Positions 35,390 to 44,886 are shown, numbered from the stretch's first letter. The stretch is DNA of 64,000 bases from Flavobacteriales bacterium (GCA_016704485.1 JADJAA010000001.1:1554824-1618823), one strand, 5' to 3'. Numbers and translations are program-made. Notes: generated from the sequence alone by a model not told the origin.

Positions 35390-35457
35390 GGGCGCGAGAG
35401 ACGAGCTTCCATTCTTGCAGACCATGGATCAATGGGCATTGGATGGAATGTAAATTG

Positions 35458-36426
35458 TCAAGCCTTTATGAACTCGTTCACAAAAGCTTGTACAAATTGC
35501 TTGGCTAAAGCAGAGTAAGGCTTGGTCGGCTCTGTCAGTTGCATCAGCAATTCCACCTCTTGCTCGATCATCGCCTCAATTGTTCCTGTGGTCTTTTTTA
35601 CAAGTTTGTTCAATGTACGTGTTGGTACTTTATCCTTGAATGATCTGATATCCTTACCGATCTCGTTCGATAGGTCGATCAATTTCAAGATCATCTCAAA
35701 ACGCATTTTTAATCGCAGAATGTATTCTCTGCGCATATCGACCAACCCCTTTCTATTCAAGCCGTAGATCTCAATGGAACGGATCGCTTTTTGCCAATGG
35801 ATCTCCCTTTTTATCACGTTCTCTGATGAGGGCAAAGCAATGGCCTTCATTACTCCTGAGTCATCGTATTCCAAGTATTTGCTAGGTTCGTCCGTACAAG
35901 GGTTCAACAACAAACATTGTTCGCCTGAAATATCGAACAGCGGCGCACTCGCACGCATTGTTTCATCAAACAATGGAAAAGAGTTTGCCTTTCCTTGTTT
36001 TAGCTTTTTCCATTGATAGGACCCATCTATGGGGTTCTTTCGATACACATATTGATAGCGCGCTCTATTGCAGTCTATGCATGAAGGGAGTAGATTATCC
36101 CATTCCATTGCGAGCTTAGCATATACACCTACTTTAGTTTCGGTCTTGTTCGTCAATTCTACGAGCACTTCGGATTTGGGTCTGAAATGCTCAATATCCA
36201 GCGGTTGTGTGCGCGTGTAAGGTGATTCGCAATATGCACATTTACCATGGAACATAAGCTCCAACAACTCAGGCACTTTTTCGTGCTTGTAAAGCTTGAA
36301 ATCGGGCTTTAGGTCCTTGTGGAAATCGCTTCGAAGCCATGCTTCCACCTCTTCCTTTTCTTTGTTGAAGGCATCCGAGGTTATGGTAAGTGCCTGCGGG
36401 GCATTTACGCGTTTTCGTTTGATCAT
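35458..36426 (-). CDS. HNH endonuclease-domain protein, PtuB-like (TIGR02646-type)
   Basis: 322 aa. The HNH motif is GKCAYCESPY...DIEHFRPKS...NLLPSCIDCN. The central region is paralogous to the N-terminal domain of the upstream 795-aa protein. Confidence 0.7.
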   Translation of the reverse strand: MIKRKRVNAPQALTITSDAFNKEKEEVEAWLRSDFHKDLKPDFKLYKHEKVPELLELMFHGKCAYCESPYTRTQPLDIEHFRPKSEVLVELTNKTETKVGVYAKLAMEWDNLLPSCIDCNRARYQYVYRKNPIDGSYQWKKLKQGKANSFPLFDETMRASAPLFDISGEQCLLLNPCTDEPSKYLEYDDSGVMKAIALPSSENVIKREIHWQKAIRSIEIYGLNRKGLVDMRREYILRLKMRFEMILKLIDLSNEIGKDIRSFKDKVPTRTLNKLVKKTTGTIEAMIEQEVELLMQLTEPTKPYSALAKQFVQAFVNEFIKA

Positions 36427-36434
36427 TGAAGAGC

Positions 36435-38822
36435 TCAGTTGTTCAGGCGCCAGGAAGCATCCGTTAAAGCCTCTATTATCTTCTTAGTGGGTTTGGGAAA
36501 TCGTACGTTGGTCGGTGACTTCATCAAGTGCTCATCGATCAGCCTCAACAAGTACATATCACGCCGACTACTACCGAGAATGCTCTTTCTGTTGAGTCGT
36601 TCATGTAGATCCTTCAGTTGTGCCTTACCCGAATCATCTAACGCCGATGCCTTCGCTATGAGGTTGTAATAGCGGTCAAAGAATTCAGCTGTGCGCGGGT
36701 CCAGGGTTGTACTTAATCCGAATAATTCTGAGGTAAGGAGCTGGTCGGAACGTAAGCCAGCCGGCGAATCCATGTCGTCGTGTACTGTAGCCATGGAAGG
36801 GTCGTCCACATTTCTCTTGACCAATGCTACTTCACCAGCACCCAGCCCATGCAGGCATAGTGGCTCATGGGTGCTCGCGATGAATTGGATAAGCGGAAAT
36901 GTCTGTTCCAATCTTCTTAAGATGCTCATGCGCCAACTCGGGTGCAGATGTGCACCGATCTCATCAATTAGTACCACGCCTCTAATTTGATGCGTATCCG
37001 TTGGATTGCCTGCCATTATATCACAGGCTAGACCAACCATGGTCTTGTAACCCGCACTAAAATGCTTTAAGCGGGTGAATGACCCGTTCACGAAAAGCCC
37101 GAATTGTGTTGGCTTGTTGTTTTCAAATTGAAAGTCGAGACGTGTAGAATTATCTGTAAGATCCAGCAGGTCCTTCAAGGCCACACAAACATCGAAGAAC
37201 TGCTGTTGATTCTTTACCACTATGGTACGTAACCACTCTTCGGCATCTACCATGGGATAGAACGGGTCAAAGAGGTTCTGGATGTTCTTATTCACTCCCC
37301 TTTTCTCTAACAGATCAGAACTCTTGCCTTTTTGCGGCAGCAATCGAACAGGCCCGTATGCACGAAGAAATATATTCGGGACCTCACCTTGCTCCCATTT
37401 TAATCCGCTATTCGTGATGTTCACTACGATAGGATCTGTTCGCTGATGAAAGTAGACTTCAATTCTACCTGACGTAGCTCCACGCCTCAAGCTAGTGCTG
37501 AAATGCTCCTTCATCTTACTCAAGGCTTTCTTGCCGCTGAGTATCAATGCAAGTGCTTCGAGCAGCGAACTTTTTCCTGACCCGTTCTCACCCAGCAGCA
37601 TTTTCCAACCGCTGTGTCGAAAGGTTTCCTGTTGTGGAGATTCGGAGCCGTTTTCGTCGATCGTCTTCCGGCGTTCCTCTTGATTGCCTCCCGCTGTTTC
37701 CGTGTTCAAGTCTAAGTTCAGTTCACGTTCTGTGTCTACTAGGTCTTTCGGGCGTTCTTGGGGGATCAAGAATACAGCCTTCTCGAAGATCCTGTAATTC
37801 TCAACTATTAATTTGCTAATGGTCAGCGCTTGATGCGCGACTTTCTCCTTGGACGGCGCATTCTCTGTGGCGGTTTTCGGAGGAGTTCTTTGCGCCTCGG
37901 AACTCGTCTTCTTTGGAGACTCCTTATTAGCGCGTGTTGATCCCGGTTTCGTACGCGCTCCGGTCTCAGCTTCTAATAAGGACCCAGGCTTATTGAGCCC
38001 TTTGCTTATTGTTTCGACGTGCAGGCCGTCGCCTTGAATGAGGATTTTTAGTCCGAAGTCCTCCTTAAGAACATGGTTACTCAGATTCCGCATTGGACTT
38101 TGCGGGTCTATCAGTCCTTTCAAGAAGTGATCTTCTTCTACGGTTCGAGGTAGTTTCTCACCCTTTTTTTTAAGAACCAGAGACTTTGTCAAGTCGCGAA
38201 CTCGGTGAACCATATCACTCCTTCTATTGATGGCGGATTTCCGGTTCAGGTCCAGAGTTTCAATGGTCACCTCGGCTCGTCGCTTCTGCATGTGCCCTAA
38301 AGTGGAACGAGGCTTTATCATTCCATTAGATGAATAGTCGAAGTACTCCTCCGGATCGTCTTCATAAGGATTCAGCAAATACGGTTCTTCTTTCTCGAGC
38401 GCACTCCCCCGAGGCTGGTCATCAGCATGCTTGATAGGAACACGTTTTCCGGCGATGGGAAACTGTGCTCCCTTTGCAAAACTGCACTCATTGCATATGG
38501 GTAGCATGTTCTGCCAATCAAACAATAGCCACCAATAGTGGTCGCCAACCTGCTCATTTGGTTCCACTTTTACCGGTCGGTACAGGTCGATGTGTACCGT
38601 CTTTTCATTCAAGGGTGCTTCGCAATACGCACATGCATTATTGGAGGTTTCCAGAAGATCTCGGTTTACATCACGAGAATACTGTGGAGCCTTGTGTCTT
38701 ATCTGGCTTCGCTTCTCTAAAGGTTGCGCATAAAACTTCCGAAGTTCATTGAACGTCTTCTCTCCTTCCGTACTGTACTGTAGGTCTGGTGGAGATACTT
38801 TACTTCGGTTCAGTTTTCTCAT
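36435..38822 (-). CDS. Fusion of an N-terminal HNH (PtuB-like) domain with an AAA15/ABC-type ATPase (PtuA-like)
   Basis: 795 aa. The N-terminus has NACAYCEAPL...HIDLYRPV...NMLPICNECS (HNH). The ATPase has Walker A LLGENGSGKSSLLEALALIL, Walker B VVLIDEIGAHLHPS, and ASTHEP (a D-loop/H-motif region). Its stop (36435) is 9 nt from the downstream HNH gene start. Confidence 0.7.
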   Translation of the reverse strand: MRKLNRSKVSPPDLQYSTEGEKTFNELRKFYAQPLEKRSQIRHKAPQYSRDVNRDLLETSNNACAYCEAPLNEKTVHIDLYRPVKVEPNEQVGDHYWWLLFDWQNMLPICNECSFAKGAQFPIAGKRVPIKHADDQPRGSALEKEEPYLLNPYEDDPEEYFDYSSNGMIKPRSTLGHMQKRRAEVTIETLDLNRKSAINRRSDMVHRVRDLTKSLVLKKKGEKLPRTVEEDHFLKGLIDPQSPMRNLSNHVLKEDFGLKILIQGDGLHVETISKGLNKPGSLLEAETGARTKPGSTRANKESPKKTSSEAQRTPPKTATENAPSKEKVAHQALTISKLIVENYRIFEKAVFLIPQERPKDLVDTERELNLDLNTETAGGNQEERRKTIDENGSESPQQETFRHSGWKMLLGENGSGKSSLLEALALILSGKKALSKMKEHFSTSLRRGATSGRIEVYFHQRTDPIVVNITNSGLKWEQGEVPNIFLRAYGPVRLLPQKGKSSDLLEKRGVNKNIQNLFDPFYPMVDAEEWLRTIVVKNQQQFFDVCVALKDLLDLTDNSTRLDFQFENNKPTQFGLFVNGSFTRLKHFSAGYKTMVGLACDIMAGNPTDTHQIRGVVLIDEIGAHLHPSWRMSILRRLEQTFPLIQFIASTHEPLCLHGLGAGEVALVKRNVDDPSMATVHDDMDSPAGLRSDQLLTSELFGLSTTLDPRTAEFFDRYYNLIAKASALDDSGKAQLKDLHERLNRKSILGSSRRDMYLLRLIDEHLMKSPTNVRFPKPTKKIIEALTDASWRLNN

Positions 38823-38823
38823 C

Positions 38824-40638
38824 TTAACTATGTGCTATTCTGTGGAACGTGTTCGCCAAATAGTGCTTCGGGTTAGTCCTGGCGATCAGGTCGAATTGTG
38901 CTTCGCTCAGGCCGGCCAGCATATTGGCATAGAGCTCCTTTTCTGATAGGTGGTTCCTCACGACAAAAAAGTCTGTACCGAACAGGACCCGTTCACCGAG
39001 TTTCTTCACTGAATGGTCGATCGTCTTTTTCAGTAACGGTTGTATCCACGGATCGTGCAATATGTAACTGATATCTGCATAAACGTTCTCATAGCGCAAC
39101 ATCATACTGCAAATGATCGTGTACCAGTCAGCTTCCATCCAGTGAGCGTAGACACGTGTCCATTGGATGCGCTTGTGTTCGTTGTCATAATACGATCGAT
39201 GAAATAATCCGCTTTCAGCATGCAGGTTCAGATCTTGGTTGTACTGGTCATTATCGGCTTCTAAATGTCGTTTCCATTCATCAACACCACCAAAATGTGC
39301 CAAGCAGATCTTCAATTGAGAAAGTGATCGGAATTTTTCATCGGGACCTTTTTCGAACAACGTTTGAATTCGGGGTTGGCAGCTCACGAGGTGCTCCCTC
39401 AAGAGGTCATCATCCAGCAGGCAGAGGTAGTTCAATGGATGTGTGTAGTTCTTTTGAAAGTCGATTCCGCGAAGTTCCAACAGGTCAATGGGTGCGATCA
39501 CCGTATCGTCATGTGCGTCCTCTATTCCGGTTGAACGCTTGAAGACAGGATGCTTTGCCATTTCATCAGTGATCTTGTCTCGGGAATATATTGTGCCATG
39601 CACGCAATGGGTCATGATCGGTAAACCTTCCTGAGCTGCATACGCCCACACGGGCAATAGGTCTTCATCGAAAGGATAATAACCTAAAGCCGGGTAGATC
39701 TTGAATCCGCAGCAACCATTGCTTAGATACTTCTGGACTTTACATTCAAGCAAGACTACTTTACCGTATTCTACTTTCCACTTGAAGAAGTCATCCTCTT
39801 CACGAATTCGGCGTGGATCAATGAAGATGAAAGGCAGTATTTGATGTCCATGATCTTCACCTTTGGTAAGTTTTACAAGCCCTTCCATTTGTTTGTGGAA
39901 ATCACCTAATCGGTGGACCTTCCCCGCACCCATGTATTTCATATCCATTGGTAGAACAATGAATTTGGTTTCGGCTGGGTACTGGGCCCGGAGTTTTTGA
40001 AAGAGTAGACTTAGTCGCCTTTGGTCATCACCGGTTTTCGCACTTTTCGTCTCGTAACCATAAGAGCTGAAGCGTGCGATAAGTACGTATCGCTCCAAAA
40101 GGTCCATGTACTCCGTAGCAGGAAAGCTCTTGATCATTGGAACAAACTTTTGTAGAAGGAACCAGATCTGTCTTCGAACGGCTGGGATGAATGCAATAAT
40201 TGCTGCTACGAATATGGTCTTGATCGCCCAGTGTAATTCATGAAAGTATAATTTATACTTTACAAGTAACGCCAAGAACGCCGCGATATATTTCGACCCG
40301 CCATAGAAGGTGCTTTCAACCAAAACTTCATAAAGGAATAATAACACATAGATCGTAACGATCAAATTAAACGCACCTCGTACAAACTTCAAGAAGCTGT
40401 TTCGTTGGATCCTGTTCTGCGCCTTTACCTTGTTTATGCGTATGGTTTCTTGTGCCGGTTCATACCGCTCGGCATACTTCCGTCGGTTGCACTTCACGTA
40501 AAGTTTCATGAAGTAATCCATTCGCGCCCACTTGTACAACGGCCACGGAAGAATACCCTTTGCATGCTCTGGAGGCACGTGATAGTTGTTGAACAAGTGC
40601 ACGTGGCAGTTCACTATGGGGTCCTTCACTTTACTCAT
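38824..40638 (-). CDS. Membrane-anchored amidohydrolase-superfamily (metal-dependent TIM-barrel hydrolase, Amidohydro_2-like) protein
   Basis: 604 aa. The N-terminal metal-binding motif is VNCHVHLF. A ~80-aa insertion carries 2-3 TM helices (LIVTIYVLLFLY, IFVAAIIAFIPAV). Then come IMTHCVHG, CLAHFGG and VLFGTDFF. It ends 2 nt before the start of the HNH-ATPase gene. Confidence 0.6.
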   Translation of the reverse strand: MSKVKDPIVNCHVHLFNNYHVPPEHAKGILPWPLYKWARMDYFMKLYVKCNRRKYAERYEPAQETIRINKVKAQNRIQRNSFLKFVRGAFNLIVTIYVLLFLYEVLVESTFYGGSKYIAAFLALLVKYKLYFHELHWAIKTIFVAAIIAFIPAVRRQIWFLLQKFVPMIKSFPATEYMDLLERYVLIARFSSYGYETKSAKTGDDQRRLSLLFQKLRAQYPAETKFIVLPMDMKYMGAGKVHRLGDFHKQMEGLVKLTKGEDHGHQILPFIFIDPRRIREEDDFFKWKVEYGKVVLLECKVQKYLSNGCCGFKIYPALGYYPFDEDLLPVWAYAAQEGLPIMTHCVHGTIYSRDKITDEMAKHPVFKRSTGIEDAHDDTVIAPIDLLELRGIDFQKNYTHPLNYLCLLDDDLLREHLVSCQPRIQTLFEKGPDEKFRSLSQLKICLAHFGGVDEWKRHLEADNDQYNQDLNLHAESGLFHRSYYDNEHKRIQWTRVYAHWMEADWYTIICSMMLRYENVYADISYILHDPWIQPLLKKTIDHSVKKLGERVLFGTDFFVVRNHLSEKELYANMLAGLSEAQFDLIARTNPKHYLANTFHRIAHS

Positions 40639-40766
40639 TTTTGATCCAGTGCGTACTGATCACTTATAGAGATCTTATGATGCCAGTACTATCGGTCAGA
40701 AATGCATTGACTTGCCACCACATTATTGTGATGGCTCATGGTCGAATGGAACGTAAATCTGTGGAG

Positions 40767-41864
40767 TTAAGAATTAGGTACTATCTGCACACCAAACCGG
40801 AACTGGAAATTCTTCTTCACGAAATCATCTCCGGAATACCAATTAGCCACTATTCGAACGACGCTATTCAATGCTAAACCTGCGCTGAATTGCCAAAGAT
40901 CGATACCTCCCTCTGACGTACGATCAAGATTATGCCAAAAAACAGCATTTCCACTTATGTGAGAATAGCGCACTTGACCAAAAAGAGCCATGCGATCCTT
41001 AATCCCAGTAAGTGAAAATACCATTTCTGCACCATTATCAAAGTTTTGGCCAACGACATTTGTGTCTACCCCGATCTTAGGAAGATCGAAGGATAATCGA
41101 GGTGCATAATGCAAGCGAATGGACAATCGACGGTTCAGTGAGGTAAATCCGACAATTGGCACACCGAAATTCAAAACCCCGTTTCCGCCACCGCCAAGAA
41201 TACGTTGCACCTGATCTTGGAAAGTGGCGCTGGAGTCTGAAACTGGCACTGTATCTGGCTCACTCGTCTTGTTGCTGATCAGCGCACCAAAACCCATTCG
41301 CACTGGTCCGAAATAATCATAAACAACCTCCGAGTATAGAGATGCTTTCTGTGCTTGCCCACTATACGTGAGGAGATTATTCTTTAGGAGTTTTCCCCGT
41401 TCCTCTTCAGAACTGAAACCATCGTAGAAATATTCCGTCGCAATTCGCCGGACCGCCAAGCCATAAAGCCCTTCTGTTACATCCGGATCGAACCGGATGC
41501 GCAACAATTCTTCTCTGTACGACTGGAAATCCTGCCTTCGCTGTCGATATGCGGCTTTCAGTGAATCGATCAGTTCTTTTGAATCGGCGGAGCGGTCATT
41601 ATCCAGTGCTTGGAACGAAGCTCTTCGGAATGCTTGTTTGTGTTTCTTGTTTTCGGCTCGATCGTCTTTCAAAAATGCATATACACTCTTTACTTGTATT
41701 GACGAATCAGACGGTTCAAGGAATTTATTCAGTTCAACTTTTGTTAAGTCTATGTTGCTTTTCCGAGACTCACTGTTTGGAAAAACAAATGGCCCCGTTT
41801 GTGCGAACATTGTGCATGAGGTTGAAAGCAGGAATATCGCAATTGTTGTTCGTCTCATTGTCAT
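40767..41864 (-). CDS. Secreted hypothetical protein (signal peptide; possible outer-membrane beta-rich protein)
   Basis: 365 aa. The N-terminus MTMRRTTIAIFLLSTSCTMFAQ. No family recognised. Confidence 0.5.
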   Translation of the reverse strand: MTMRRTTIAIFLLSTSCTMFAQTGPFVFPNSESRKSNIDLTKVELNKFLEPSDSSIQVKSVYAFLKDDRAENKKHKQAFRRASFQALDNDRSADSKELIDSLKAAYRQRRQDFQSYREELLRIRFDPDVTEGLYGLAVRRIATEYFYDGFSSEEERGKLLKNNLLTYSGQAQKASLYSEVVYDYFGPVRMGFGALISNKTSEPDTVPVSDSSATFQDQVQRILGGGGNGVLNFGVPIVGFTSLNRRLSIRLHYAPRLSFDLPKIGVDTNVVGQNFDNGAEMVFSLTGIKDRMALFGQVRYSHISGNAVFWHNLDRTSEGGIDLWQFSAGLALNSVVRIVANWYSGDDFVKKNFQFRFGVQIVPNS

Positions 41865-41884
41865 ATACTTTTCAGTTCAATTAT

Positions 41885-42676
41885 TTAGACTTCTACACCA
41901 TAAGATTCCGTGAACGCCGCTTCAGCGTATGATTTGCTGGCGTAAGCAAACCCTTTGTCTCCCCACAGAGTGGTTCCCCAACTGTTTCGCACGATGAAAT
42001 GATCAGGCGTGTATCCGACAATAGAGACAGCGTGGCCACCTAGGTTGTCGCTGGCACGGTAGCGCGCTAGTTTGCCCCGTGTCTCTTTCGCATCCATAAA
42101 GGCGTTGTCACAGTTCAGCCGGGTGAGAATGGGGCCTTTGTTGGCGATCCAGCGCCGCCATTCATTCAGGTCTTGGCCTAATGAGAAGTAGCGCATCACC
42201 TTCAACTGCGCAGCAATCGCGTAGAACACATCGGTCTCATCCGGATAGAGTATTCCGCGACCGAAAGGCAACACGCTATCCAGCACTGCGCCGTATTTGC
42301 GCGATACATCGAGTGCTGCTTTCAGACTGGTTCCATCGCTTTCAATGAATGAGGTTGGTTTGTCGGTGAATTCATCGATCTCCTTTGCGGCCATCCATGT
42401 AAAGCGCGTGCTAAGCCTACGGTTGGTGGCGATCCTTCCGGCTTTTGCGAAATGCCAACGCAGCACACCTTCGGCGCAAGCCCAGCCAACGCACGAGCCG
42501 GTACTTCCTTGGTCGCCAATGGTCCACCAATCTTCTCGCAAGTCTTTTTTAGGCGGAGGTGGTGCTGGTGCGCGTAGTGCGCCAGCGGCACGTGCTGTGT
42601 GCAAGTTCCAATCGTTTGCGGTGTTCAATGAAGGAAGGCAATTGAGGACGCGGGGAGGTGATTTCTTTGTTGCCAT
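41885..42676 (-). CDS. Papain-like cysteine peptidase (C1 family)
   Basis: Catalytic Cys context QGSTGSCVGWA. His context GGHAVSIVGY. Asn/Trp NSWGTTLWGDKGFAYASKSY. Confidence 0.7.
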   Translation of the reverse strand: MATKKSPPRVLNCLPSLNTANDWNLHTARAAGALRAPAPPPPKKDLREDWWTIGDQGSTGSCVGWACAEGVLRWHFAKAGRIATNRRLSTRFTWMAAKEIDEFTDKPTSFIESDGTSLKAALDVSRKYGAVLDSVLPFGRGILYPDETDVFYAIAAQLKVMRYFSLGQDLNEWRRWIANKGPILTRLNCDNAFMDAKETRGKLARYRASDNLGGHAVSIVGYTPDHFIVRNSWGTTLWGDKGFAYASKSYAEAAFTESYGVEV

Positions 42677-42708
42677 TTTTTTGAGGAATTTGTTGACTTA
42701 AGCTTCGT

Positions 42709-43362
42709 TCATGCGCTCCACCGCCACCCCAACACATCACTCGCCGGGTAACTACTTACACAAACACTATTACTCTGATTACCGCCTAACACCATGATGC
42801 CGGTACCGCGCGTTTCGAGGTAGAAGGCCACATGGCCACTGGTGGTGCTGTTGCCGCGTTTGAAGACTGCGATGCATCCGGGAACGGGCTCGTTAATTTT
42901 TTTGCCCCATTGCAACCAGCTGCGAGCGGCGGCGGAGTTGGTGCCGCGCAAGTTTGCTTTGGTGATGCACCAGTTAACGAATGACGAGCACCATGCCACC
43001 TCATCGGTGGTTGCTTTGAGACCTGTAGTACTGTGGTATTCAATTATGCGCTGGTTATGCTCAGGACCTGGATATTCCTTAACACCGATCTCTGCACGGG
43101 CGATCTTCAACCAAGCAGGCTCATCTATCGGTGGAGCGGTGGCAACCGGTTCGATGTAGGTGGTGCTTACCCAACCGGTAAGTGTGCCATCGCGCAATTT
43201 TGCGCTCACTTGCGCCCAACCATTCCGCGGTCCTTGCAAGAGGTCCAATGCGGTATGCTGCGGTAGGCGACCGATGATGGATCGATTGGTACTTGGGCCT
43301 TCGCGAAGGCGAAGTACAGAGGCGGTGGTGCGGTGAGTTGGCATGGTGTTTCGTTCGAACAA
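42709..43362 (-). CDS. SH3b domain + TIGR02594/CHAP-like amidase (putative peptidoglycan hydrolase)
   Basis: The N-terminal SH3b region is ASVLRLREGPSTNRSIIGRLPQHTALDLL...GWV. The C-terminal region has EVAWCSSFVNWC...GHVAFY (Cys/His of the CHAP/NlpC-P60 fold). Confidence 0.6.
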   Translation of the reverse strand: MFERNTMPTHRTTASVLRLREGPSTNRSIIGRLPQHTALDLLQGPRNGWAQVSAKLRDGTLTGWVSTTYIEPVATAPPIDEPAWLKIARAEIGVKEYPGPEHNQRIIEYHSTTGLKATTDEVAWCSSFVNWCITKANLRGTNSAAARSWLQWGKKINEPVPGCIAVFKRGNSTTSGHVAFYLETRGTGIMVLGGNQSNSVCVSSYPASDVLGWRWSA

Positions 43363-44064
43363 AAGTCACGAGAGGATGATCTGCTCACAATACCCAGTTA
43401 CAGGTATTCTGATATTACAGCTGGATATGTTTATAGTAGAAACCAAGTTGAAGCCGACGTTAAGCAGTGCAAATGGTACGCATGCGCATTCGGGCTTTAA
43501 TACCTCCCGCCCATTCCCATCCAAGAAACTTCTATCGATCCATTGTGCATTCATGTGGTACTTCTTGTTGGTGTTACACAAGTACTTCTTCCACCACGTC
43601 GCAGGATCATGTGCGGGTTCTTCTGTCAGCAGGCCAGGAACCCATGATCGGTGTGATCAACTTCTTTGCAAAGGCGAAATAAGCGCATTGTTGAATGCGC
43701 CTACTCCCGAAAAACCCTAGGGTACTACTCCCGAAAAATCATAGGGGTGGAGACCTATACTAACAGTGCGGATTGTCGCGGAAAATGTGTATTGCGTTCT
43801 GCGCGTTGCGATGAATTCGTTGTGCTTTTGTGCAGGATACGATCAGGTACATAGAGGGGAATATCCAAGTACAGCAATGGTTATCGGTGGTCGGTCGGTT
43901 ACGGCTTGGCGTTGTGCAGGAGGTTGCATGGTGCATTACGCGCTTTCGTTGGGTTGCATTTTGTCGGGAGATCCGTAACATAATTTCTGGAATAGCACTG
44001 CGTGTTTTTCGGGAGTACCCCCCTATGAAAAACACGCAGTGCCACCTCGAACGGGGCCGGTACT

Positions 44065-44865
44065 TTGGCCGCCAGAATAGAACCACATTCCATGACCCAG
44101 TTCCGGTACGTCCCCAAGAAAGAATTCACGTGTATCTCGCGTGATTTTTCCCTTCATATTCAACGCGGTCCGGTTGCTTCTCCCCAACCGATCGTGGTGC
44201 CCCAGCTGCGCTTTTCGGTCGACGATGTCAGTAGAGCGCTGGATTCGTTGGCTACTTGCGCGGCTGGGCAAGGGAACCTGCGCGGCATCACCGTTCACTT
44301 CGGGTTGGATAGGAATGGCGCGCTGGATCTGGTATTGCAGTTCGTCTGCATGTACCCGGTAAACGGCACGGCCGATACCTACACCTATACGCCTACCGCT
44401 ACCTACTATGTTATTGTTGGTGGTCATTTGGTGCGTGCACCTGATGCCATAACGAATTGGTTGGCGGATAGCGGCGACCGGTATACGAAGGAGGTGGTGA
44501 AACGCCGCACGGACGGCCCAACGTGGGAGCCTTTCCGGTCGGGTGTGGATGTTACGAGCATCACGTTCCTCTACGAGGGTGAGTTGGATCTGTTGATCGC
44601 CGAGAACGGATTGACCGGGAGCGACCTGCTGGAACTGGTGCCTGCTGCGGAGCCGGCAACATGGAAAGAGGATGGTCACGGTGGCATTGAGGAGAAGGAC
44701 TTTTACCAGAGCCTCTGTTGGGTTGGTGTAGGGGTGGAATTGGATGATGTGGATCACACTGAGAAGTTCAAGAACAAGGGGGCGGATCTGGGTTCGCTCT
44801 GCCCGCCGAATTGTGCATTGCTTTATTTACCGGAAAGAGGGCAACCCCGCAGGCCTGGCTGTTGA
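44065..44865 (+). CDS. Hypothetical protein
   Basis: 266-aa ORF with balanced composition. The overlapping minus ORF 44023..44757 is Arg-rich and looks antisense. The true start may be at 44092 (MTQFRYVP). Confidence 0.4.
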   Translation: MAARIEPHSMTQFRYVPKKEFTCISRDFSLHIQRGPVASPQPIVVPQLRFSVDDVSRALDSLATCAAGQGNLRGITVHFGLDRNGALDLVLQFVCMYPVNGTADTYTYTPTATYYVIVGGHLVRAPDAITNWLADSGDRYTKEVVKRRTDGPTWEPFRSGVDVTSITFLYEGELDLLIAENGLTGSDLLELVPAAEPATWKEDGHGGIEEKDFYQSLCWVGVGVELDDVDHTEKFKNKGADLGSLCPPNCALLYLPERGQPRRPGC

Positions 44866-44886
44866 ACGCATGCGGTTCCTGCACAT

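Noticed and set aside
35458-38822. Retron-Septu (retron with PtuAB effectors)
   Set aside because: No reverse transcriptase ORF and no msr/msd-like a1/a2 inverted repeats were recognised adjacent to the HNH/ATPase genes.
44023-44757. Minus-strand 244-aa ORF
   Set aside because: It is Arg-rich with low complexity and overlaps a more protein-like + strand ORF (44065..44865). I kept the + strand call, at low confidence.
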